64,000 nucleotides of DNA from Octopus sinensis (lineage: Eukaryota). The position numbers were made by a program, and so were the translations under genes. Shown here piece by piece: positions 41,046 through 54,973 of the stretch. The notes beneath the pieces were generated by a model. That model saw nothing but the letters and a program-made list of their open reading frames with translations. It did not search any database and was not told the origin of the DNA. The stretch is taken from contig NC_043023.1 of the NCBI RefSeq assembly GCF_006345805.1, positions 14,260,001 through 14,324,000 on the forward strand, given 5' to 3'. Positions within the stretch are counted from its first letter, which is position 1. Every line of letters starts with the position of its first letter.

Positions 41046-41569
41046 ATTATGAGACATATGTTTAAAAGAGACACCAGACACAGACACGGATACCAGACAG
41101 AGACAGAGAGAGAACAAGAAGAAGACAAAGACGGACTTTGATAGGCAAACTCTCCACCACCGACACAAAATATAGAAATCCTGTTTCGATGGACGACGAC
41201 GAACAATAAAGACTCAAAACCCAGCATTTTGTTAAAACCCCGACACAAAAACTTCAAATATATTAACAATGAGGGGTTATTACAGACGGATATTAACAGA
41301 AAATAATCGTAAAACACTCATAAATAGAAGCACAACAAGATGAAATATTACCCGGATATATTTGATAGTCAAAACAGCTTTTTTCTTTGAAGTGTGTATA
41401 TGGCCACCGAAAAGAGAGACAGGGTGAGGAGTATCTATAAAAATATATATTTTGTGGTGTTTTTAAAGGCAAGGGGATTGAAAATAAAGGTTAACACAGA
41501 TAAAGTAAAGGTTTCCGCTTGTAATGGTAATCCTTTGACGTGTTAAAGCTGCAGATTTAATGGTAGATG

Positions 41570-41725
41570 GCAGAGAGATTGGAATGACGGGCGCCAATGG
41601 CGCAGCTACATCTCCCCGACACTATCGCTTGTCTGCATACTTTGTTAGCGGAGCGGCGGCGGGCGCCGGCCTTTATATACGACTGCACCACGTGACGGAA
41701 ACGTCACGTCGACAGCAACGTTTTG
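41570..41725 (-). promoter_or_regulatory. TATA-containing, CpG-rich promoter-like element
   Basis: GTATATAAAG on the minus strand at 41671-41680, then a GC-rich segment. CACGTG at 41689-41694 and TGACGT half-sites near 41701-41710 lie upstream. Confidence 0.55.
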
Positions 41726-41995
41726 AGAACTTGCATCCTGAGGTTTGTCTCAGAAGTACGTTGTTCTTGGACTTCTACCAGAATAATTTCTGTTTCTTTT
41801 TTCCTTTTACCGTTTTACTTGCTTCAGGCATTAGGCTGCCGTCATGCTGGGGCACCGCCCTGAACATTCTTTTCTTTTAGTCAAACAAACGAATCAACTT
41901 GCAGTACACTTTTGTTAGTTGGCTTCCTTTGGCCGATTTGCTAAGGCCCGGGGACGTAAACAAACCAATGTCGGTTGTGGGGGTTAGACACAAAG

Positions 41996-42026
<31 letters not shown>

Positions 42027-42076
42027 CAGGGTGCACCAGAAAGGTTGCCTCGATTTCAAAGGTTAATAAAAAACAA

Positions 42077-42470
42077 AGGAGTGGCTGTGTGGTAAGTAGC
42101 TTGCTTACCAACCACATGGTTCTGGGTTCAGTCCCACTGAATGGCACCTTGGGCAGGTGTCTTCTACTATAACCTCGGGCAGACCAAAGCCTTATGAGTG
42201 GATTTGGTAGACGGAAACTAAAAGAAGCCTGTTGTATATATATATATATATATATGCGTGTGTGTGTCTGTGTTTGTCCTCCCAACATCGCTTGACAACG
42301 GATGCTGGTGTGTTTACGTCCCCCGTTACTTAGCGGTTCGGCAAAAGAGACCGATAGAATAAGTACTGGGCTTACAAAGAATAAGTCCTGGGGTCGATTT
42401 GCTCGACTAAAGGCGGTGCTCCAGCATGGCCGCAGTCAAATGACTGAAACAAGTAAAAGAGTAAAGAGTA
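42077..42470 (+). mobile_element. tRNA-derived SINE with CORE-like segment and CR1-like tail (representative)
   Basis: A box tggctgtgtggt, B box ggttcagtccc, caccttgggcag, internal (TA/TG)n. Other copies at about 14325-14698, 21505-21828, 32025-32415 and 34974-35380 (plus), and 22500-22780, 27605-28000, 34345-34732, 43255-43610 and 53615-53855 (minus). Confidence 0.88.
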
Positions 42471-42855
42471 CCTGAAGATACAAGCAAAAAAGATGCTCTC
42501 CACTCCAGGGTACTACCTCAAACAGGAAAAAAATTGGCACTTCATGACCTTCATAGAAATACAAAGTATTTTTATATGTTTGTTTTGGAAAGACTTCCGC
42601 CCGTCCCCCCACCCGTTTTCTCCCAAATTTGTTTATTTTTGTAAAAATTTTTTGCCAAAATTCCCCGTTTTTGGATAAGGAGGTTCTGGAAAATTACCCA
42701 AAATTGGCATTGTGAAATTCCCCCCTTCCCCCCCAACTTCTTCAATTTTGACTTTTTTCCCTAACACTAACCCTAAAAACCTAACCCTAACCCTAAAACT
42801 GTAACCCTAAACTTAAAAACCTAGTGAAATAAATCCACTAATTACAAAAATCGAT

Positions 42856-43230
42856 ATATTATATTTTTAAATATCTCAGAGAGATATAAGCAGTAGTGGT
42901 ATGATAGAATAGTTGTATACTGTCAACTTAATGAGACAGTCCCATGAAGGGAATCACACCACTGCTATTTAGCCCTAGGAAGCATCAACGCTTCCTGTCG
43001 GCCTTGACACATTTCCTGTGGTTTAGCTGGGTGGAAGTGTTTATCTCCCCCTTGTAAACATAAGGACACAGGAAATGTGTCAAGGCCGACAGGAAGCGTT
43101 GTTGCTTCCTAGGGCTAAATAGCAGTAGTATGATTCCCTTCATGGGACTGTAACATTAAGTTGACAGTATACAACTACTTTATCGTACCACTACTGCTCA
43201 TATCTCTCTGAGATATTTAGAAATGTAATA
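42856..43230. repeat. Long foldback inverted repeat (arms about 165 bp, spacer about 46 bp)
   Basis: aaatatctcagagagatat...acacatttcctgtg / cacaggaaatgtgt...atatctctctgagatattt. Confidence 0.9.
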
Positions 43231-43811
43231 CTTATATATATATATATCTTTTTCTTTTCTTTTTTATTTGTTTCAGTCATTTGACTGCGGCCATGCTGGA
43301 GCACCGCCTTTAATCGAGCAACTCGACCCCGGGACTTATTCTTTTGTAAGCCAAGTACTTATTCTATCGGCCTCTTTTGCTGAACTGCTTTGTAACGGGG
43401 ACATAAACACACCAGCATCGGTTGTCAAGCAATGCTAGGGGGACAGACACAAACACACACATGCATATATATATATATATATACATATATACGACGGGCT
43501 TCTTTTCAGTTTCCATCTACCAAATCCACTCACAAGGCTTTGGTCGGCCCGAGGCTATAGTAGAAGACACTTGCCCAAGGCGCCACGCAGTGGGACTGAA
43601 CCCGGAACCATATATTTCTGTGTGAGTTAGAGGTTGAGAAACCAACTAAGGGATAATACCTATCCAATATACTGCTGGTAGTAGTGTACCCATTTATTCA
43701 TATCCAAGTGCTAGTTATTGCATGGCAATCTCGTAATTGAGTATTATATATGGGCAGGGGTAAAAGAGCGATTTACCCATGATTTATACGGCAAGTAAGA
43801 AAAGGGTGAGA

Positions 43812-44167
43812 ATATAAAATCGACAGACATCAGCCGGTATACATTCATTTATGTCTATTTATTCAATTGTACTCAATGAATACACACTCATGCGTGAATG
43901 GTATAGATTAATGAGTGGGAAAAAAGCTGGTAATTGCATAGACAAGGTGTGAACACATACAAGTGTATAGAAATAAATGACCAAAAATTTAGATGGGTGA
44001 GCAGGTATTTTTGCTCATTGTATGTATTCACACCCTTGTCTATGCAGTTACCAGATTTTTCCCCTCGTTAATCTATATCGCTCATGCATGTGTGTGTATT
44101 TATCCAATACATTTGAATAAATAGACATAATTCAATACTTACTGGTTGATGTCTGTCAATTTTATAT
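43812..44167. repeat. Older foldback inverted repeat (arms about 150 bp)
   Basis: atataaaatcgacagacatcagcc... / ...ggttgatgtctgtcaattttatat, with many transition mismatches. Confidence 0.8.
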
Positions 44168-44532
44168 CCTCTCTGTTTTTTTACTTGCTGTACATATATG
44201 TGTGTGTGTGTAGAGGCGCAATGGCTCAGTAGTTAGGGCAGCGGACTCGCGGTTTCGATTCCCAGACCAGACGTTGTGTGTGTTTATTGAGCGAAAACAC
44301 CTAAGGCTCCACGCGGCTCCAGCAGGGGGTGGTAGCGACCCCTGTTGTACTCTTTCGCCCCAACTTTCTCTCGCTCTTTCTTCCTGTTTCTTGAGTAACG
44401 CTGCGATGGACTGGCATCCCGTCCAGCTGGGGATAACACATATGCCACAGAAACCAGGCACATGAGCCTGGTTAGGCTTGAAACGGGCGCATAAATAAGT
44501 AATATATATATAAATATGATATATATCATCAT

Positions 44533-46867
44533 TCTCATCATCATCGTTTAATGTCCGCTTTCCATGCTGGCATGGGTTGGACGGCTTGAATGTAGACTGG
44601 CGAGCCAGATGGCTGCACGAGGCTCCAATCTGATCTGGCAGAGTTTCTACAGCTGGTGCTTTTCTTAATGCCAACCACTCCGAGAGTGTAGTGGGTGCTT
44701 TTATGTGTCACCGGCAAGAGGGCCAGTCAGGTGGTCCTGGCAATGGCCATGCTCAAATGGTGTTTTTTATGTGCCACCTGCACAGGAGCCAGTCCAACGG
44801 CACTGGCAATGACCTTGCTCGAATGTTGCCTTTCACATGCCACTGGCTCAAGTGCCAGTAAGGCGACGCTGCTAATGATCACACTTGAGTGCTGCTTTTT
44901 ACATGCCACCAGCACAGGAGCCAGTCAACGACCCTGGCAATGATCACGCTTAGATGGTGCTCTTAGCACTCCACTAGCACAGATGCCAGTCAAGCGGTGC
45001 TGTCATTGAATTTGATTTCGATTTCACTTGCCTCAACAGGTCTTCGCAAGCAGAGTTTAGAGTACAATGAAGGAAAGGTATGCACAAATGGGCTGGTTAT
45101 ACCCCTGGCATAGGCCACGAGGTTATGGTCTTACTTGGCTTGCCGGGTCTTCTCAAGCACTGCATATTTCCAAAGGTCCCAGTCACTAGTCATTTCCTTG
45201 GTGAGGCCCAATGTTCGAAGGTCATGCTTCACCACCTCATCCCAGGTCTTCCTGGTTCTACTTCTTCCATAGGTTCCCTCAACCACTAGGGTGTGACACT
45301 TTTTCACACAGCTATCCTCATCCATTCTCGCTACATGTCCATATAAGCGCAGTCGTCTCTCTTGCCCACCATATCTGATGATTCTTAGGTCCAACTTTTC
45401 TCTCGAGATACTTACACTCTGTCGAGTATACACACTGACATTACACATCCATCGGAGCATACTGGCTTCATTCCTTGTAAATTTATGCATGTCCTCAGCA
45501 GTCACAGCCCATGTTTCACTGCCATGTAGCATGGCTGTTCGTACACATGCGTCATACAATCTGCCTTTTACTCTGAGTGAGAGGCCCTTTGTCACCAGCA
45601 GAGGTAAGAGCTCTCTGAACTTTGCCCAGGCTATTCTTACTCTAGCAGCTACACTTTCAGAGCACCCACCCCTGCTACTGACTTGGTCACCTAGGTAACG
45701 AAAGCTATCAACTACTTCTAGTTTTTCTCCCTGGAACATGGTAGAAGTTGGTCTCTGCATATTTTCAGAGTTTATTGCTCCTGAGCATCTGCCACATACA
45801 AAAACTATCTTCCCAGTTAGCTTTCCTTTGATATTGCTGCACTCCTTATGTGCCCATAGATTACACTGGGTACATCTTATAGAGTTTCTACCTACACCTT
45901 TTCTACAGATCGAGCAGGGCCATCTACCTGAAGGGATTTGTGGTTTGTCTGCCTTCCTACTTATTAGGACTTTGGTTTTAGCTAGGTTGACTCTAAGGCC
46001 CTTCAATTTTAATCTTTGCTTCCACACCTGAAAATTCTCTAGTTCTGATAGTGACTCAGCAATTAAAGCAAGGTCATCAGCATAGAGGAGCTCCCAGGGG
46101 TATCCTGTCTTGAATTCCTCCATTATTGCCTGGAGGACTATGATAAATAGGAGGGGGCTGAGGACTGAACCTTGGTGGACCCCTACCTCTACCCTGAATT
46201 CTTCACCGTACTCATTGCCAACCCTCACCTTTCTGACAGCGTCCATGTACATGGCTTGCACGGCTCTCACTAACCATTCATCTATCCCTAGTTTCCTCAT
46301 TGACCACCAGATAAGGGATCGGGGGCCCTGTCAAAGGCTTTCTCCATGTCAACAAAAGCCAGGTACAGGGGCTTATCTTTGGCTAGGTATTTCTCCTGCA
46401 GCTGTCTTACTAGAAATATAGCATCAGTGGTGGTTTTCCCTGGCACGAAACCGAACTGGGTCTCATCCAAACTGACTCTCTCCCTAATTAGTTGGGCTAT
46501 GACCCTCTCCATGATCTTCATTACCTGATCCAACAGCTTGATACCTCTGTAATTATTTGTATCTAAAGCATCACCTTTACCTTTGTAGCAGTAGACTATG
46601 GTGCTGCTACACCAGTCATTGGGTATGACTCCTTCGTGAATCACCTGGTTAACTATACGGGTGACTAGGCTATAGCTGACACTGCCAGATATTTTGAGCA
46701 TCTCTGCAGCAATTCCTGCAGGGGGCTTTTAATTGCTTTATCTACCAAGGTACTGTCAACTCGGATAGCTGGTCCCTCTGTTGGGTCGACATTTGGTAGA
46801 CTCTCTTTCTCCCATTAATTCTCTTTATTGAGCAACCTTTCATTGTGGTGTCTTCATGCAGCAACCT

Positions 46868-46870
<3 letters not shown>
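44533..46870 (-). mobile_element. 5'-truncated, frameshifted RTE-clade LINE with 3' UTR and (ATG)n tail
   Basis: ORFs 46297-46701 and 45131-46300 give RT motifs YKGKGD..NYRGIKLL, QFGF, AFVDMEKAFD, GVHQGSVLSPLLF, LLYADD and FRYLG, plus the RTE C-terminal HGSETW...RLRLYGHVARM. Confidence 0.93.
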
Positions 46871-46914
<44 letters not shown>

Positions 46915-46917
<3 letters not shown>

Positions 46918-47944
46918 ATAGTGGCCCTCTCAGATATGCCCTCAAATGCCCGGATAGCCACTCTGGTAAGTTATGCAGACGATACGAAAGTCTCGCAGAA
47001 AATACAGAACCCCAGCGATGTTGCACACCTGCAGCAGGAGTTGGACTCAATCTACAGATGGGCTGAGGATAATAATATGCAGTTTAATGCTGTAAAATTC
47101 CAGGCCCTGCGCTACCAGCATCCAAAACTGAATATTAAACTTACAGGATACACCAATCCACAGGGAATTTCAATCCCAGAGCCTAAGTCTGTGAGGGACC
47201 TGGGTATCGACATGAGTGATGATACCTCTTTCCAAGTGCACATTACCAGGATGGCGACAAAGTGCAGACGACTGCCTGGGTGGATCCTAAGAACATTCAG
47301 AACCAGAGATAAGGAAACCATGATGGTCCTCTGGCGGACATTCGTCCTCAGCCATCTAAATTACTGCTCACAGCTATGGTCACCCACCAGTGTGAAATTA
47401 ACAGCGGACCTTGAAGCAATCCAGAGAAGATTCACAAAGAAGATCGTCTCTTTGCAACAGCTCAGCTACTGGGAAAGGTTGAAACAGCTAAGACTCTACT
47501 CCCTGGAGAGAAGATGGGAGAGGTATGCAGTAATATATGTCTGGAAGATCCTAGAAGGAATTGTACCAAATTTTGGCATTGTAAGCTACACCAATGCTAG
47601 AACGGGACGACACTGCATAGTGCCAAAGATCCCAGCAATGCCATCACGCTTCAGGACCAGCTTCTGCAACAGCCTGGGTTTCAAGGGCCCACAGCTTTTA
47701 ATATTCTCCCAAAGAGTCTGAGGAACTTGCACAAAGTAGATGTAGCGGTTTTTAAATCAAAGCTGACCTCTTCCTGTCGAGAGTCCAGATGAACCTACCA
47801 CGGCAAGAGGTGCAAATGAGAGTAGCTGTATCAAACTCCATTCTTCACCAAGTGCCACATATTGGGGAAGTTCTTCGTAATAAATTGTAGCACAAAACGG
47901 TGGTGCATCAGCATGGCCGCAGCTCTGAGCTGAAACTAGAGAAA

Positions 47945-47953
<9 letters not shown>
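46915..47953 (+). mobile_element. 5'-truncated CR1/L2-group LINE
   Basis: YADDTK, WAEDNNMQFN, VRDLGI, LNYCSQLWSP and LSYWERLKQLRLYSLERR motifs, followed by a 3' stem-loop and A-rich tail. Confidence 0.9.
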
Positions 47954-47995
<42 letters not shown>

Positions 47996-48709
47996 GTGTG
48001 TCTTGTGTCTGTGTTTGTCTCTACCACTGCTTGACAAATGGTTTTGGTGTGTTTATGGTGACTCAGAGGATAAGTATCAGACTGAAAACAGAAAGTGCAG
48101 TGGGCATGAAATTTGTCTAACTAAAATTTTTCAAGGTAATGACCTAACATGCCCACATTGAAATGAAAGAAACCAGTAACAGAGAGAAAATTATAAAACT
48201 TAATAGCCATGTTAATCCACACACACACACACAAATATGTAAACAGTTTTTAAATATTCTGTGATGAAAAAGAAACACAGTACAGATTCTGATACGTTTA
48301 TTCATATGTAAGGTAAACAAGAAAATATAATGTGTACAACACTGGTGTTTACCTCAGTATTGTATGTTGGGTTACACTGTAGCCTCTGCGCTACAAATAA
48401 ACTGCAATTATTTATCACATTGCTTCAATGTTAAACAAAAGACTGAGCTTATTTCACTCTGCTGACATAGTACACAGTTCATTCTTAAGAAGTACAAATC
48501 AGACCATCTGCATACATGATGAATAGCAACTGATGTCACAGACTCCATAGTTACTTGTAAGCAAATTGAATATAATTTTAACGGTTTTAATAGTTCTTAG
48601 AAATTGTATTTTTTTTCATTCAATAATGTGTGCAATCAACCACAAGGCTGATTAAAGGAATGAAGTTGTGGTCTCCTATTATATTTACCTTACTATAAGT
48701 AAACATCAA

Positions 48710-48759
48710 AGATATATAAATATATATATATCTACAATATAATACATATATATATCCTA

Positions 48760-48796
<37 letters not shown>

Positions 48797-48936
48797 ATAT
48801 ATCTATATATATCTAATATATAGATACATATATATATATATATATAATATATATACACTATATATATATATATATATTATCTATATATATATATATATAT
48901 ATACATATATATTATATATATATATATATACATAAG

Positions 48937-48999
<63 letters not shown>

Positions 49000-49040
49000 A
49001 TATATATATATATACAGATATTATATATATATATATATAT

Positions 49041-49088
<48 letters not shown>

Positions 49089-49687
49089 GTAAATATATAT
49101 ATATACATATATATTATATATATGTATATATATAATATACATATATATATATATATGTATTATATATATATATTATGCACATAAATATATATAAATACAT
49201 ATATATGATGTGACTTACATATTATATATATATAGATGTAAAGGTTATACAAAAAATAGTACACATTATGTAAGTAAATAAATATATGTATACATATATA
49301 CATATATATATGCATAAATACATCTGTATGCATGCATATTGTATATATAGATATTATCTAATATATACGTATTTATATATTGTTATATATATATAAATAT
49401 ATATATATGCATATATATATAGATGTATATATATACACGTATATATATACATATATATATATATGTATATATGTATATATATATAGCATATATATATATA
49501 TATAATGTATATATATACAAAAGATAATATATATATATGTACATGTATATATATACATGTATATATATATATATATATGTGCGTACATGTAAATACAATG
49601 TGTATGTGTATATATATATACATGTTTATTATATATATATAATTTATATACATGTATATATATATGCATATATATATATATACCTAT

Positions 49688-49720
<33 letters not shown>

Positions 49721-50280
49721 TAATATATATAATATATATAATATATACACATGTATAATATATATATATATACATTTATATATTAATAGCATCTATATAG
49801 TATATATATATATATATATATTTTTTATTTATTATTATAAATATTATGTAATGCTAATTAACCAGTTGTGTTTACTCCAGGCATACAATGCATGCCTGGG
49901 ATATATAAATGTATAGAAATAAGAAATAAGATTTTTAATAATATAAATATTCAATCTTTATGATAGACACCAAGAAAGAAGGTACATACATGCTATATAT
50001 ACCCAGCTTCAATTTATATGGCTTTGATTTATAATATTGCATGCTCTGGTTGAAATTACCAGTAGACTTTCATGATATGTATGTTTATATAAATATATAT
50101 ATACATATATATAAATATGTATATTATTTATATAAATATGTATATTATATATATATATAATTTGTATATACAAGTGTATATATATATATATATTAATTTG
50201 TATATACAAGTGTATATAATATATATATATATATATATCGATATATATAATTTGTATATACAAGTGTATAATATATATAT

Positions 50281-50331
<51 letters not shown>

Positions 50332-50533
50332 GTACATATTATTTGTACATATATATATATAATATATATACATATATAATACATACTATAGAACATATAT
50401 ATATACACACATATAATATACATATATATGTACATATACATATATATACATATATATATACATATGTATGTATATATATATACATGTATATATGTATAAT
50501 TTATATATATATATACACATATATATAGGTACA

Positions 50534-50583
<50 letters not shown>

Positions 50584-50778
50584 TTGTACATATATATATG
50601 TGTATATTATATATATAAATTTATACATATATCTGTAGATGATATATATATAATATATATATATATATTACATATGTATATATATATATACATATGTACA
50701 TACATGCATATTAAATTTATATATGTATACACATACATGCATATAGATTTATATATATTAACACACATACATGCATAT

Positions 50779-50818
<40 letters not shown>

Positions 50819-51070
50819 CAACGCATACAAATTTATACATATTATTTTTATATACATATAAATATATATAGATATATAATATATTTTGATATATTTATAT
50901 AATATATAATATATATATATATTTATATTTAAATTTTATAAATATATATAAATATAGATAGATAGATAGATGGATAGGTAGATAGATAAATAGATAGTTA
51001 TAGAGTTATAGATATGTACATATATATACATGTATATACATATATATATGTACATATGTATAAGTGTGTG
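48710..51070. repeat. Degenerate (TA)n field with a short unique island at about 49840-50080
   Basis: Directly visible. Confidence 0.95.
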
Positions 51071-51980
51071 TATTTAGAAAAAGGATAAAAATATAATAAA
51101 AAAAAACAAGAGAGAAAGATTTTCATAAAAATATAAGACCAGTTTTACAATTATAATTATTTCATTTAGAAGTGAAAAATGAAAATCACCGATAAATTTG
51201 AAATAAAATTCGATTGCTTTTTTATTGATTGATTGGAGTAATTAATTGATTGGTTAATTATTTGCTTGGTTGGGCGGTCGGTGGGTTTAGAAATGGTAGT
51301 AGGCACAAGTTACGGCCCCTGATAATTTTTCCATTTTTTTTTTGTTTTTCTTTCTTTTTTCGTGATTGACCGAGGAGTGTGATACAGAACATTGCAAACG
51401 TTGAACGTATTCGCCATGCAAAAAGGAGGCGTGTAAAAGCAATGCCATGAAGAGAGAAAAGTGTACTGGTACCCCAAAGAAAAGAGTAATGGTACCCCCC
51501 AAGAAAAGCATTGGAAATGAGTTAGTGATTTCCCCCACCCCCAGCGGTATAACTCTTAACACCACATGCCAATGACCAAAAAATAAATTTTATTTTATTT
51601 ATTTTATTTTATCTAGTTTCAGCTCACGAGCTGTGGCCATGCTGGGGCACCGCCATAAATAAATAAATACATAAATAAATAAATACATAAATAAATAAAT
51701 AAATAAGCTTTAATAAACAGCAATTGTGGAGGTTCAATGGCCCAGTGGTTAGGGCAGTGGACTCGCGATTGGAGGATCGCAGTTTCAATTCCCAGAACGG
51801 GCGTTGCGTGTGTTTATTGAGCGTCCTTTATTTCTTTGATAGAAACCCTGTTTTACAACCATCAAAATTTATAACTTTTCTCCAAATTTCATGTTAATTT
51901 ATATTCAAAAACACAAGTTGAATAATAAAGTTCTTTTGTTGAGTCTTGGAAGGGTTATTAAAGGATAGAGAAATCATTGT

Positions 51981-52275
51981 AGAGGCGCAAATGGCCCAGT
52001 GGTTAGGGCAGCGGATTCGCAGTCGGAGGATCACGGTTTCGATTCCCAGACTAGGTGTTGTGTGTGTTTATTGAGCGAAAACACCTAAGCTCCACGAGGC
52101 TCTGGCAAGGGGTGGAGGTGACCCCTGTTGTACTCTTTCGCCACAACTTTCTTCCTGTTTCTTGAGTAACGCTGTGATGGACTGGCATCCCATCCAGCTG
52201 GGGGGGAACACATACGCCATAGAAACCGGGAAACCGGGCCCATGAGCCTGGCTCTGCTTTAAAAGGGCACATAAA
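51981..52275 (+). mobile_element. tRNA(Arg)-like SINE (representative of a third family)
   Basis: gaggcgcaaatggcccagtggttagggcagcggattcgc...ggtttcgattccc head. Related copies at 44212-44495 and 51728-51825 (plus) and about 1360-1540 (minus). Confidence 0.78.
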
Positions 52276-52765
52276 TAAAAAAGATAAACATCAATTAGAG
52301 TTCTCTTTGGTGTTTCACAAACTCTGAAGCAAAAATATAAATTTTCAAAAAAAAAAGTAATACAAATTGAAAAAAAAGCCAGAAGATAAAGCAATTTGTG
52401 CATTTGGATATGATTTAAAGGTATAAATTGCATCACAAATTGTACAACTTGTATGTTTTGACACATAGCATATTTTTGCAAGGAGGCCATCTTAACTTTG
52501 ATGGATGTACCTCTAATATTGACTAGAAAGTTTTTGAATTGAATATGAAAAAAAAAACAAAACAACCAGATCTTAGTATTGCCCTATACTTTACCAAGAT
52601 GGTTTTGTCTGTGGCCAAGTGGTAATTATATATATATGTGTGTGTGTAAATGAGCTTATATATATATGTATATAATATTAAATAATAATAACGAATAGAA
52701 TTCCAAACTTACAGGGAAAATTCAATTTAGAAAAACTAAGTCAAATTTTCACAAATAAATATTAT

Positions 52766-52825
<60 letters not shown>

Positions 52826-53873
52826 AATTAGAAAAAAATCACCTTTTATCAATTCAACAACGAATTCTATAGGACGTAATTTTTCTATATGTTATAATTA
52901 AATTTTTCCTTGTTGAATTGATAAAAAGTGGGTTTTTTTTCTAATTATATATATATATATATATATATAATAAATATTTATATATATATATATATATTAT
53001 GTATTTATACATATATGTATATAAATTATAATATGTATACACACACCACACACATATATATATGCATATATACACATATACACACACATAGTATATACAT
53101 TAGTTGGAGTGTGAAGGAAATTACAATATGCCAAGCATATTTGAACTAACCAAAAGTCTGTTTATAAATATAATATATAATATCATGTATGTGAGCTTGT
53201 GTGTATATATATATAATATATATATAATATATATATATTAGATATATTATATATATATATAATATATATAATATATATGTACAATATATAAATATATATA
53301 TGTGCATAACAAAATCCAATACCCGATCATTGGATGTTATACATCGCTGATCACAATGCCCCTCACATGGTTTTAGTTTTCGAAATATAGCGCCCCACAA
53401 GCTTAGGCAAACAGGCCAACTTTCCCCTTGATCAGAAGGCTATTTCATTACACAGTTACAGACTGGGACAACATGAAATGAAGTCTTTTGCTTAGGAACA
53501 CAATGCGCTACCTGATCTGGGAATCGAACTTACAATCCAGCAACCATGAGTGCAAAAGCTTAAGCACTAGAGCATATACATATATACACATTACATTCTC
53601 ATAAATTTTTCAGTTATATGGACATAAACACACCAACTTCGGTTGTCAAGCGCTGGTGGGGTGTGGGACAAACAAAGGCACACAAACACATACGACAGGC
53701 TTCTTTCAGTTTCCGTCTACCAAATTTACACACAAAGCTTTGGTCGTCCCGAAGCTATAGTAGAAGACACTTGCCGAAGGTGCTACATAGTGGGACTGAA
53801 CCTGGAACCATGTAGTTGGTAATCAACCTACTTAATGCACAGCCACTCCTGCACCTATACATTTATATACATA

Positions 53874-53904
<31 letters not shown>

Positions 53905-53913
<9 letters not shown>

Positions 53914-54301
53914 TATAAAGCTGAAGTTGTCTGTGTATGGCAGGTTTGGTAGCCTTCAACGAACACTATCTCCTCCGAGACCCTGCAACGCAAATTGACC
54001 AAAATTGAGAGTATGATAGAAGAAGGCTTGCTCTTCATTCCGTAGAAGAAAAAATTCAAATCAGACCATGTAAACACCAAAAATTATTTACATCAAAAAG
54101 GTGCTTTTCTCCTATGAAAATCCCTATTTTTTAACGATTTTGTGACTGCTGTGTCATCATTTTTCGGTGTATTTCAACCAGAAAAATGTTCAATTCAAAA
54201 AATTAACAAGCTACATAATGAAAAATTTTTACTTTTCAAAAATTCCAATTCTAAAGGGTCGAAAAGAAAAAAAAACGAGCAACCCTGGGCTATACTGCTA
54301 G
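53905..54301 (+). mobile_element. Non-autonomous Helitron-like element
   Basis: 5' ...tatataAAGCTGAAG followed by a gtctgtgt-type run. The 3' end has a GC-rich subterminal segment and CTAG|T. No TIR or TSD; it sits in a (TA)n tract. Confidence 0.6.
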
Positions 54302-54764
54302 TATATATATACTACCAGTATATCTATCTATCTATATATATATATACATTATATATATATACAAATATATATATATACAAATATATATATATACATATAT
54401 ATATATATACATATATATATATAACATATCTATATACATATATATAGTATACATATATATATAACATATATATATATACATATATATATATACATATATA
54501 TATATACATATATATATATACATATATATATAATACATATATATACATATATATATATATACAGATATATACATATATATATACATATATATACATATAT
54601 ATATACATATATATATATATACATATATATATACATATATAATATATACATATATATACATATATATATATACATATATATATATACATATATATATATA
54701 CATATAGTTACATATATATATAATATACATATATATATACATACATATTATACATATAACATAC

Positions 54765-54803
<39 letters not shown>

Positions 54804-54973
54804 CATATATATTACATTATATATATACACATATATATATACTACATACTAATATATACATATACATATATATATATACTATATATACATATATATATAT
54901 ACATATACATACATAATATATACATATATATACATATACATACATATACATACATATATATATATATATATAT
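54302..54973. repeat. (TA)n/(TACA) microsatellite
   Basis: Directly visible. Confidence 0.97.

Noticed and set aside
42764-42823. Telomeric (CCCTAA)n
   Set aside because: Only a few degenerate units inside interspersed sequence; not a chromosome end.
45131-47721. A divergent two-RT system
   Set aside because: Two independently truncated LINEs of different clades abutting at a (CT)n(TA)n tract; both are defective.
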